DNA of 51,128 nucleotides from Nemertoderma westbladi. Taxonomy: Eukaryota; Animalia; Xenacoelomorpha. A program made the translations under genes and the position numbers. The notes under the pieces were generated by a model. It saw only the letters and a list, made by a program, of their open reading frames with translations, was not told where the DNA came from and did not search any database. Positions 10,367-21,091 of this stretch are shown here, in pieces; positions within the stretch are counted from its first letter, which is position 1, and each line of letters opens with the position of its first letter. The DNA lies in contig JAUCBJ010000104.1 of NCBI GenBank assembly GCA_032718475.1, positions 1 through 51,128 on the forward strand, given 5' to 3'.

Positions 10367-12607
10367 TTGAAGTATAGAGATCTACCTAATGCTAGCGAAT
10401 GCGCCACCTTGTGGCATCCAGTGGGAATGACTCTAGAAAACGCCACTAAAGAATGGAACGAAACTCTTAACGTTATCGAGATGTATAGAGTTGTCACTTA
10501 CGATAACGAAGGTAGCGTTCCGGGTGGAGAACTGGGAACTACTCGCATGATACATATACGAGGACTAGCTGGTTCTACCCACGTATTTACTCGAGCGTGT
10601 TCCGATGTGATTGATTATTCTTTTGAGACCCTCACCGAGATACAAAAGAAACTCCGACATGGACAATTCGAACTCGCGCAGCGTTACGTCACTGACACCG
10701 AGCGCAAACCGGCCATGGGTATCGATGGATCGATGTTACCCCAGCCCGTGCTCGAGATGTTGTTTAATGAAAGAATCCTTAAAATCGGCTCAGCTGTTTA
10801 TGGAGATCTCCAAAACGACTTTAGGAACATGGAGAATATCCCATATCCTTTTGTAGATACTCAGCTGATTGCTCCCTGGGCAGAAGGCCGAGGTTTCTTC
10901 CGCACTATGTATGCCAATACACCCAGCGGCATTACTAAAGTACAACGAACCTCCATCGGACATCTTGCCTTTCAAGAATACGGATGGAATTTCAAGGTCG
11001 GAAATCCTATCAACTATCAACAAGTATATGGAGATCATTATTCTCGATTATACTTTGACGGACCATTGACCGCACCTGGCGTCATGTATAGCTTTATGAG
11101 TATTCCACTTCGTCCCTCCTTAGCTATATACACGATCTTTGAAAACGCCGCACTTGCCGGTTGGCTAGCCGATGTGTGCAGTCGTACTATACGTGCCCAT
11201 CCCTTAATACTTGGAACCAAACTCGCCAAGCTAGATGAACACAATAAATTCATCCGCTTCGAATGTTTCAGGCACTTTCTGACTCCGTTCCGTAACGTTG
11301 ATAGTCAGTTCAAGGACCGCGCTCTGACTAAGCTCAGCCTAAGAGACTCAGCAGCTGAGAAGTTAGACAGCGCCGGATTCGCCATTTTCAAAGACGTTTG
11401 TATACAGAACTTACATTCCTCTGTTATACAAAGACCTCGAATACCCACGGGTTATTCTATCGTGGAAGTTCAGACAGTGGGTTCGCTTGAGGAGACAGCC
11501 GCACCTACCTCAGCTATGCAATTGGGAGACGAACCAATATGTTTAGAATCCGAGGAGATTCAGCCTACAGCGCCCCGGAGCAGCGACAACGACTACGTCT
11601 TAGAATGGTATCAAGGTCCACAATGTCTCACCGCATACGATTATCGGCACGCCAACTATGTTTCTCGAAAACGTTGCCGATTATACGCATCGAGAGATCA
11701 TCTCACCCCCATGGACTCAGACGTACCCTGCTCCTATTTCCACGAACAACCGGCGATGGAAATCTATTGTGCGTATTGCAGACTCAATAACTTGCACATT
11801 TTCGCAGTCTGCCCCCAATTTATGACTTAATGTCATCATTGTCAACTTAAAGGACATGCCAGTTTTGATTGCCCTTTTAACCGCGATCTGGAAAGCGTAG
11901 ATGAGATGATTACCCTGCGCTACATCCGAGCTTGGGAAGCGAATGCGGATTTACATTGTGAGTCACGCCATCGCTATTACCCTGGACGCGCCTACGAAGG
12001 AGTTTATGCGTTCCATCCTTATCTATTCGCGTCTGTTGAACAAAAATCACGCACACCGAGTTACGAACTAATGAAGCGTGTTGGTGAGTGTATTTCCACG
12101 AAATTTGTTCGTAAATATCTCAGGAACATCAATCCTAACGATATTAATTCATACAACTTGATCAACTTCATTCGTCAAGACCCGGAGTATGGTGATTTGT
12201 TCATCAACTCGCATCCAGAGTTGCAGGAAGTACATCGACGGCCCTACGAATATCGAGCCCGAACTGAACGTGAGTTGGAAAGAACCATTAAACCGAGGAA
12301 GTTTCTCACCACTCACGGTCCACCTACCGCTATCGTTCAGACGACTCGTCAGGGACCAGTAGGAGCTGCTGTCCTAAAATGCGCTCTAAAAGCCATTAGA
12401 CCTCGCTCCACTGAGGTTGATATCGATCAACCAGGTACCTCGACCGGCGGATACACCGACCGTAATCCTAAACCTTCCGATGCAATTGTATTGCACCCTT
12501 CACCCAGGAGTTATAGCCCCCCTAGTAAAGTGGCTCGCCCCAAAGAGAAAAGGACTCTTGCTAGCCTCAAAAAACTGCGTAAACGCCGTCCGCGCAAGAA
12601 AGACTAA
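10367..12607 (+). pseudogene. DEDDy-type 3'-5' exonuclease + CCHC zinc knuckle gene (copy 2), ~746 codons with one in-frame stop
   Basis: VVTYDNEG (ExoI), LPQPVLEMLFNERILKIGSAVYGD (ExoII), FVDTQ, PLRPSLAIYTIFE (ExoIII-like); CAYCRLNNLHIFAVC-PQFMT*-CHHCQLKGHASFDC continues in frame past TAA 11828-11830 into ORF 11906-12607; basic C-terminus KKLRKRRPRKK. True start unclear. Confidence 0.85.
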
Positions 12608-12685
12608 CTGTTTAGAGTATTTTTATATTTTAGAAACTGTGATTATTTATATTTTATAGAATTAAATCCCATTTTCTGGGAGCGG

Positions 12686-13871
12686 TGTAAAGGCTTTTGC
12701 GGTTCTAGCTAGTCATTTTCCCCGCTAAGTACTCTGTAGGTGTTTTAGCGGACATAAAAAGCCGTTTTCTTACTGTGTAGGTGTTTTAGTGGACATAAAA
12801 AGCCATTTTTCTGTATGTGTACTTTAGCGGACATAACAAGCCATTTTATGCCACAATACTCCAAAATACTCTTAATACAGTGTAGTTCAGATGACGACAT
12901 CTATCAGCTGATATGTCCACGTAGAGCTTTTCTTTGTTCTTTGTTCGGCTCGACCAATCAGAGCGATTTTCATTTTATTTGTACAGAAGCCTCCGGGAAA
13001 TCGCGCAATGCATTATGGTCTTTGTTTACCTTTTTTCCTGAGCCCAGAACATCGGCTGTGGAATTACTCTGTGTTTCAGACTTTAGCCAAACATTAGAAC
13101 GGCTTTGATCATAGAAACGTATAACTGTTATCATATCAAGTCACACATTAACTCATCATATTATATTATACATACCTTTCACCGCATTATTTTACTGCTA
13201 TTTACTGTCGGTTATTAATTGTTATCAGGATGTTTGATGGAATGTTGTTATATTTGGAGAATATCGATAAATAATCATAAAACCCCAATCTTCTTGATAT
13301 ACTAAAGGTTAGAGAGACCGATTACATATAGCAATTGCGACTTACATTATAGTGGTTTTGGAGTGAATTGAATGCTATTTCATAGGCCCTACATGTGTCA
13401 ATTGCTGTTCTCTTTATATATGACTAAAATTAGTGAAGGTCGGCAGATCAGTGTACAGCAGTGTGCGGTAGTGTGCATGAGTGTGATAGATAACAAAGCA
13501 TTTCCTAAAGAATGCGCTTTATACGTGAATCATTAGCCATCCCGTTGTGTTTAGTGTAAGTCATAACTCTGTTTACATACTTAGAGCGCCACGTCCTAAA
13601 GGAACTGTTAATATTTCCCGAAAGTGAATAATATTTGTCAGAGATTATATATTAACGATCAATCGAATAGTACAGTAGGCCTACACCGCAATAAGGTCAG
13701 AGCATCCGAATCCAGTCTCCCTTAACCGTGGGTGAATGATCGCGCATAGGCTGGCTTCGGCTAATGTAGCTTTATGTGTATCAAATACTTGTTATAGGCT
13801 AAAGTCGATTTATAACCTAGAAGACACCTAAATTTGGCAGGTTAAACTGCTAAAGGTCTAAAAGCGCGAAC
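12686..13871 (+). repeat. Possible LTR following exonuclease copy 2
   Basis: Short purine tract GGGAGCGG then TGTAAAGG ~80 nt after the ORF stop; non-coding until the junction with the truncated BEL element at ~13870 (…GAACA). No second copy in the window. Confidence 0.25.
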
Positions 13872-13977
13872 AATCACCACGATAGCGCAGGCACTGCCAA
13901 TCTGGCTAAGAAACAAGTGGAGGAAGATCGCCTTCTCCACCCAGGAGAAGAAAGGTGCGGAACCGGGCCTAGAAGAA

Positions 13978-15804
13978 ATGTCGAACTTCCTCAATTATGA
14001 GGCAGAGTTGATTACAGACCCAGTCTACAGTGAGGATAGTTTGGGGAAGGCACCAAAAGCTGAATACAACAGGCCTAAACCCGAACACAGTCCGGCGGAT
14101 CCATTCCCGAGAGTGAGACAGTCGCTACCACATGCGGCCATGCAGGGGACTGCTAGTCCACAGTTAGTTGGGAGTAGGGCCACACAGTGGCAGGGACAGA
14201 AACAAAATAACAACGCAAACAAATATAATCCCAACACACCCTGTAGGCCGAGTCCAAATAACCAAAACACTAAACCGGTAGATATGAATCTACGCGCAAT
14301 ACGTGAAGGGTTATACAGGGAGCGCTACAATCCAGGATACGAATGTCAATTGCATAGGGATGGAACCCATAAGACCATGAGTTGTAAGCAATGGCAAGCG
14401 TTGCCTAAACAAGATCATGTAGCCTACGCGGATACAAATGGACTATGTCATCGATGCGTGGTAGAAGGACACAGATTCGGAGAGTGTAGAGAAACACCGA
14501 TAGGAGACGATGAGACTGGAGGCCAAACCATGGCTACGAGCACAACGGGAGCAAGGAGAAAGAGGAAAGTACTACTTGGGGTAGTACCAGTGAGGATAAC
14601 AGGAAAGGGCGGCCGATCAGTCACAACATTGATGTTGGTCGACAGCGGAGCAGCCTTCACACTGGTGGAGAATTGGCTGGCCGAGGAGATAGAGTTACAG
14701 ACGAGGCCGAGTAGGATGGCAGTAACTACTATCTCGAGCAAGGATGAGGTCCTGGAGATGAGGACGGGAAGGTGCGAGATATCAGCAATAGCACCAGGAT
14801 GTGATTATGGGGCGGCCATTGACTCCATACAGATAATAGAATCGATTAACATAAATGCCAGGCGACCCACTAAAATCAAGGTCGAGCAATTCCTGGACGA
14901 TATCGATTTCTCAATACCGGAAGTGGATGTCTCGAAGGTATCCATCATAGTCAGAATGGATTGTCCGACGGCCCACGAGAGAGTAAGGACCATATTCGGA
15001 GAGAATAAGCAGCGGGATCCGATGGCGATTCTCACGCCGTTCGGATGGACGCTTAGCGGCCCAATTAAAACCAAGATTCCACTCAGGGTGTCGGAGACAT
15101 CAGGGTGCATGCTATCAGGCACTGTTAAGGATGAAGAGGAGAAAGCAGAGACGGGCGATGGGAAGGTCCCATGTGACAAGCGGCCCGGGGAAGGATACCA
15201 GGAGTTGGGTATGGATCTGGAACCACGCATAGTGGAGCTTGGTGAAAGGATAGAGGATCGTTCCAGAGAAATACCATCGGTAGATGAAATAGGAGGGGAA
15301 GCTACAGCAAGAGTGTGGGTGGAGGAGAATGGATTCGACGCGGAAGACTTAGAGACGATGGGATGGGACAAGGATGTTCCCGGCAACTATTGGTATGAGG
15401 ATGGAGAAGAGTGGATGGTGAGATGTCCGGAAAAGTGTCCGGAGGAGATGCCGGTCCGGTTGAGAAGCATACCGAAATGGGGAAGGTCAAATAAGAAGAC
15501 AGGGTGGAAAGGGATAGGATTACTATTATCCATTCTGTTTTATCTATTCTTTCTATTTCTTTTCATTCTACCGCCAGGTGACGACAAGATGAAGGGTGGC
15601 ATTTTGCTGCCAGGGGACCATGAGGAAATCAAGAAGGCGACCGAAAGACCCGATTTTAGGGTGGTAGAGGAGGGAGAATCAATTCCTAGAGAGTTGGATT
15701 TGACGAGGAGAGTGGGGCGAAGGATAAGAGGACCTACAGGCGGGCAGTGGGAGAGTGCCTGCTGGAAGAATCGATGGAAGATCAAGGAATACCTTAGAGT
15801 TTAG
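13978..15804 (+). CDS. Truncated Gag C-terminus + aspartic protease fused to an unrelated acidic/hydrophobic tail
   Basis: CQLHRDGTHKTMSC and CHRCVVEGHRFGEC knuckles, LMLVDSGA protease site, AILTPFGWTLSGP; homology to the full element stops at ~15120, then ~225 aa including GIGLLLSILFYLFFLFLFIL. Confidence 0.8.
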   Translation: MSNFLNYEAELITDPVYSEDSLGKAPKAEYNRPKPEHSPADPFPRVRQSLPHAAMQGTASPQLVGSRATQWQGQKQNNNANKYNPNTPCRPSPNNQNTKPVDMNLRAIREGLYRERYNPGYECQLHRDGTHKTMSCKQWQALPKQDHVAYADTNGLCHRCVVEGHRFGECRETPIGDDETGGQTMATSTTGARRKRKVLLGVVPVRITGKGGRSVTTLMLVDSGAAFTLVENWLAEEIELQTRPSRMAVTTISSKDEVLEMRTGRCEISAIAPGCDYGAAIDSIQIIESININARRPTKIKVEQFLDDIDFSIPEVDVSKVSIIVRMDCPTAHERVRTIFGENKQRDPMAILTPFGWTLSGPIKTKIPLRVSETSGCMLSGTVKDEEEKAETGDGKVPCDKRPGEGYQELGMDLEPRIVELGERIEDRSREIPSVDEIGGEATARVWVEENGFDAEDLETMGWDKDVPGNYWYEDGEEWMVRCPEKCPEEMPVRLRSIPKWGRSNKKTGWKGIGLLLSILFYLFFLFLFILPPGDDKMKGGILLPGDHEEIKKATERPDFRVVEEGESIPRELDLTRRVGRRIRGPTGGQWESACWKNRWKIKEYLRV

Positions 15805-15899
15805 TCATCCAATACGTTGGACTCAGATGGGTGGGAATGAGGGCGAGACGCCCTTCCCACACAAAATATAAAATAAATAATAAAAATAATAATAAGAAG

Positions 15900-16620
15900 T
15901 GAGATAGTAGAAAGTTAGAAAGTAACAGTAGTAGAAAGTTAGATAGTAGGTAGCACTAGTTAAGAGTTAGTAAGAGTTAGTAAGAAGTTAGAAGTTAGGG
16001 AATGTGGTATATAGACATACCACGAGAGTAGTAGCATGGTACATAGTACCGGAGTAGCAGGGTACATAGTACCGTAAGAGTTAGAAGTTGAGGGCACTGA
16101 GGCTTTCCAGGCACCACGTAGTAAGAAAAAAGGGAGTATGGTATGTAGGTATACCATAGAAGTAGCAGTAGAGGGGTTGTGGGCACCGAAAGCGCCACGT
16201 AGAAAGAGAGTAGAGGGTATGGTATGTAGGTATACCATAGAAGTAGCAGTAGAGGGGTTGTGGGCACCGTAAGCGCCACGTAGAAAGAGAGTAGAGGGTA
16301 TGGTATGTAGGTATACCATAGAAGTAGCAGTAGAGGGGTTGTGGGCACCGAAAGCGCCACGTAGAAAGAGAGTAGAGGGTATGGTATGTAGGTATACCAT
16401 AGAGGTAGTAGCAGAGGGGTTGTGGGCACCAAAAGCGCCATGTAGAAAGAGAGTGAAGGGTATGGTATGTAGGTATACCATAGTAGCAGTATTAGGGTAC
16501 ATAGTACCATAGAAGTTAGAGGTTGTGGGCACCAAAAGCGCCACGTAGTAAGAAAGTAAAGGGTATGTAGGCATAGTATAGTAGTAGTAGGGTACATAGT
16601 AAGAAGGAAGAAAGGTAGAT
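15900..16620 (+). repeat. Internal tandem array of element 2 (five 81-bp units plus GAAGTTAG / GGTACATAGTACC flanking repeats)
   Basis: ATGGTATGTAGGTATACCAT recurs at 16138, 16219, 16300, 16381, 16462; each unit has inverted repeat TATGGTAT..ATACCATA. Confidence 0.92.
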
Positions 16621-16686
16621 AGGATAATAGCACAGACAGGGGGGAACATAAGAAAAATAAATTAAAACTAAAGAAAAATTGGCACT

Positions 16687-18647
16687 TTGGGGGTGGTAGA
16701 GAACACAGGACATTGTGGAGCAGTGGGGATGGGCCAGCTCATGGGCCTTGTCTGCCACAAGCCGATGGACTGGGGCAAGTTCTGGGAGGAGCATGGAGCG
16801 GGCAGGGGACATTGTGGAGCAGTGGCGATGGGCCAGCTCATGGGGCTTGTCTGCCACAAGCCGATGGACTGGAGTATGTTGCGAGAGGAGTACGGAGCGG
16901 AGCTGGCGAACTCGCTGAAATGGGGAGCGAGGCCAGGGAAACAGGAGGTGTATCAGTTCCGGAGAGGAGCGATAAAGATATATCAGAAGAGATATATCCT
17001 ACAGGATGACTGGATAATGATAGGTTTACTAAACCTATTCATGGCCGTGGTTATCGGAAGAGAGCCGACAGCGTTTCTGCTATCAGGAGCACCTCTAAAC
17101 TACAGAAGAGCCTTTAAGGTGGCCTTCGAAGGTCTTGTAGACCACCCGGAGCTGAAGGGCAAGTCGGTGTACTACAACAGCCAGCACCTAGTAGACAGGG
17201 AGGTGGATACACCATACAAGAGATGGGAGAAGCTGGAAGCGGATAGACTTGAGGAGAAGCGACTGGAAGAAGTCGCCAGGCGAGAAAGGAGGGAGGCAGA
17301 TGAGAGAGAGGCGGAGATTAGGGGAGAGGACTACGGGTTCGAGGCCCAGACCTTGGACGAGCTGAGGTGGGTATCAGGGAGCTCGGGCGAGTTTCTGGGG
17401 GAGGACCTAGGATGGACGGAAGAATCGCCAAAACAGTTGACATCGGGATTGCAAGCGATGCCCATGCCAGCGGGCTCTGAGGGCGATTCCGTAAGAAAGA
17501 GACCGAGGGAACAGGAGGGATGGAAAGTTACGGGTAGAAGCCAAGGCAGAAAGGGACACAGTGGGTCTACCGGGATACTGGGTCTGGATCCACTCCCGGT
17601 GATGGAGGGGGATGACGACGGGTTCGGGGAGATGCCGCCCATCGGGGGGATCGGCCGCTGAGATATGGACTGGGTGGGCGGGAGAGTGGTGACGGCCAGC
17701 GGGGCGAGGGCCTTCTGGGATAAACCCGGCAAGCGAACCTGGGTGCACGAGGAGCCAGCGATGGATTTCGCGGGGAGCATCATCAGGTTGGGCGAGCAAC
17801 TGTGAACAGCACCACGGGTAGTGTTTGGGGAGACAATGCCAAGGCGGGAGGAGGACGTAGATATGGATAGAGACGTTAATGTCCAGAAGTTTGCTTACCA
17901 ACGGCTCCACAGACCTAGGAGACCGCTCGGGGCAAAAGACGACTTGGGGCGGGATGCGTTGATACACGGCTGTGATTACTGTGGGAGTCTGACTCACCAG
18001 GAAAAGAGCTGTTTGTATCGATTTCAGAAGGGGATGAGTTGCCTCTACTGCCGCGAGTCGAGCCATAGGATGGGAGCATGTCCGAGGCTGCACAACTGCT
18101 GATCAAAGTGTAACTTCCGAGGGCACTATGGGCGCCAGTGCGAATAGATGGACGATGAGGAGAAGTTTAAGATCTTCGAGGAGTGGGCCGACGTTGGCGT
18201 TATGATGCGACAGAGGATGAAGGCCCAGGAGTTCCGGTGGGGTTTCTTCAACATCAATCAGGAAGCCCCACATACCAGGAGGAAGCGACAGCGGCATCGT
18301 ATGGAGGAGTCATCAACACGCAGAGGTATTTGGATCGATGGACGCCAGAAAACAGAGGAGAGTTTAGGGATTTTCTGGCGGAGCACGTGCCGCGAACGAT
18401 GAAAATGATATTGTGGAACGCTACCAGGGGGAAGCAGGAGGGGCATTCGGAAGGGCCACCTGCAAAGCGTTACCGGGAGTTGATAACACCAGCGCCCAAA
18501 GAATCGACCACGGGAATTAGCAAGGCGGTAATGGCGAGAATGAGGAGTCTCAGGGAGGACAAGCCAGAGGGAAGGAAGCGACCCAGACAAGACGATGACA
18601 GGGGGAAAGAACTAAGATGGTTCCTGAAGACGGGAGGAGCGAACTAG
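16687..18647 (+). pseudogene. Decayed exonuclease-Zn knuckle ORF (copy 3), close paralog of 40414-42948
   Basis: Near-identical peptides (GAVAMGQLMGLVCHKPMDW, KRYILQDDW, CDYCGSLTHQEKSC, CLYCRESSHRMGAC); lacks first ~220 codons, has a 99-bp tandem duplication at the start, in-frame stops (17661, ~17805, 18102, ~18147) and a frameshifting deletion near 18265. Confidence 0.93.
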
Positions 18648-19292
18648 GACTCAAAGGGGAAATGTGGGCGTGCCTGGAAGGCACCACATAGGGGAGTATA
18701 TATACGAACTCCTAAGTGCAAAATATAACTAAGTGCAATTAGTATGTATGTATGTAAATAATCAATATAATCAGAATGAATATAATCAAAGTAAGTACTA
18801 TAGTCATATACAACCTTTTCCAATTAGCTACTGGGATTGGGGACCACTTGACTACAATCGGACGAGACTTAGACGGATCCCACTAACATGATGCACACAT
18901 GTGTGGGACCCAATAAGTGCATGAAGGATGAGAACCAAAATGGGTTGAGTACGAGGGAAGTATGGAGAGGAGGTGTTGGCGTGTGTGGAAGTGAGAGGAG
19001 TGCAATTCAAGTGTGGGGAGCGAGCAGTAAGAGAGAGAGTAAGGGACGAAGAGGTCCGAGAGTAAGATTAGAGAGAGGATCTAGAAAATTGTGCGAAGAG
19101 AGTCCACAATTGTCTCGAACAGAGACCCCAGATACCTTGGTGCAACATAGCTCGCGATTGCACCAAGGAGGGGTAGCAATAACATACCCAGGAGGAGCGG
19201 CCTGGAAAGCCAACCCCGAGAAAAGAACTCCACTCCACACCCGATAGTAGATTGGGTTCTATCTTCTCACCGGGAAGATAGCATGGGGGGAG

Positions 19293-19735
19293 TGCAAGCA
19301 GATTCAATTCCACTTCATTACCCACCAGAAAATGGGACTTGTGGCATTTTAGCAATATGTTGGGGATACGAGATTACCAATATTAATCTCGTATCACAAC
19401 CAACATTGGGGGGAGGGGGGGGGGGGCGACACAAGCCCCAAAGCCACAGAGAAAGGTGAGAGGTCAAAACCACCTCGGAGGGAAGGCAGCTAGTAGAGGC
19501 TAGCAGCACCGGTCATAGTTAATGACCGCCACCACCATACCGGTAATAATTAACTTGTATTTTCTGCTTATTATCTACTGGCGTGCTATTATCGTCCATA
19601 TTAATCAATATCGAGAGACAACAGAAACTCTTACTGTTTTTCCCCAACGGCCTCGGCCAAAGCTACTAGCACGATCCCCAGCAGAACGGTGATGCGTACA
19701 TTTCTAACCCGGTCGGGATCTCTGATCCCGTCACA
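19293..19735 (+). repeat. 3' LTR of element 2 (443 bp)
   Basis: Begins TG immediately after GATAGCATGGGGGGAG (same PPT context as 43641-43657) and ends GATCCCGTCACA exactly like the full element's LTR. Confidence 0.85.
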
Positions 19736-20087
19736 CCAATCCTCACACCCTTGACTCTTCCACATAATATGACCGGCATACCGACCGTGCCAACCACCAC
19801 AACAGGTCATTATTAAAGAACTACACAGCAAAATGCCGCGCCCTTCTAGATAAAGTAGCACTAAAAAATTCTGAACTCAGAACTTACCCGTTCCCAAACA
19901 CCTTCACCGTTTTGCATATTATCTTCATCACCAGAAAGATCATAAACCCCAATGGATCTGACCCATCCCAATGGTAAAACTATCCCCAAAGTCCGACCAA
20001 TCATTGCTAACAGTAAGGCGTTCTTAACCCCAAAATCTAATTTGAAGCACCACTATTTCAGCCCGCTAGTCACCAATGCTAGTCACC

Positions 20088-20544
20088 ATTGTCGCGAAAT
20101 TAAATATTAATTTCTTATCAGATCAGGCCAAGCCGAAGCCGACAACTAATAAATGAACCTACAGTTGTAGTAGGCCTAAGTTAAGTGTGGTTAGCAGCAG
20201 GGCAAAGATCCCTACCTACCAGCTCTTTATATTCCAGTGAAGCAGTAGGCAGGTAGGTATCGGTACCTACTGTATGTTGTACCGATAATGTACGCCATGT
20301 ACGTACGGTAACGGGCCTAACTTCCTAATTCATATCCTCAGCAATCAGTCCCAGCCCAAGCTATTCTAGTCCAGTACACAGCCCTATTAGCTAACCCGCT
20401 ATTACTATATATGTGACAGGTACGGCAGTCGTACCCGGCAGGATTCCCAACATAGTTTGTTATACAGTACAGCAGTAGGCCTACACAACAAATAATAGGT
20501 ACGGTACCTGATGAACCTGAATGAATATTTAATTTCGCGACAAT
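20088..20544. mobile_element. Small MITE-like element
   Basis: Perfect 21-bp inverted repeats ATTGTCGCGAAATTAAATATT / AATATTTAATTTCGCGACAAT; no clear TSD. Confidence 0.65.
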
Positions 20545-21091
20545 CAATAATTTCGGGGATTTACTTATAGAAAAGCAACGCGTTTTTAATTTTATCTAAA
20601 AGTTGGTACCCGGTGTTATTTGTTTGTGCTCTTTCTATTTCTGAATGTGTTCGATTGTGTTCGGCAGTTTTTAGAATGTGTTTGGGTGTGTTCCACTGTT
20701 TTCGTTCGTGTTACTCTTTAAGCACCCTCCATTTCCCTTAATATGAAGTTATTTTTTACAATTCATGGTGTCCCACTGTTTCTAATTAAACTATTTTATT
20801 TTTACTAAAATATAATATAGCATGGAATAATTACAGCCACGTAATCGCATTAGATTTAATCTTATTCAGTCACCTGCAACAACAATATCAGTAAGCTATC
20901 TTTTAAACATAGTTATCAAATTGTGTACTGTAGAAGGTGTGTAGAAAGGTCAATAAAAATAGAATTACCTCTAACGCACATAAAGACGTTGTTACCCAAT
21001 CCAACATTAAAGTTATAAAAGTCGATTTTGTGAATATTTAAATACAAAAGTTTTGTTCTAATGAACTGGAACAATTCCATTGGTATGGGTG

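Larger units (their letters stand above)
13870..19735 (+). mobile_element. 5'-truncated, internally deleted BEL/Pao LTR retrotransposon related to 29776-44194
   Basis: Collinear homology with the full element: gag C-term/protease (cf. 34262-35520), post-pol hairpins (cf. 38961-39024), tandem array, exonuclease ORF (cf. 41071-42870), 3' UTR, PPT, 3' LTR. RT, RNase H and integrase core absent. Confidence 0.92.

Noticed and set aside
15960-16649. Minus-strand repeat ORFs (229 and 212 aa)
   Set aside because: Translation of the 81-bp tandem repeat; no independent coding evidence.
19740-20080. Possible minus-strand host exons after LTR2
   Set aside because: A GTAAGT donor is present but no convincing product could be assembled.
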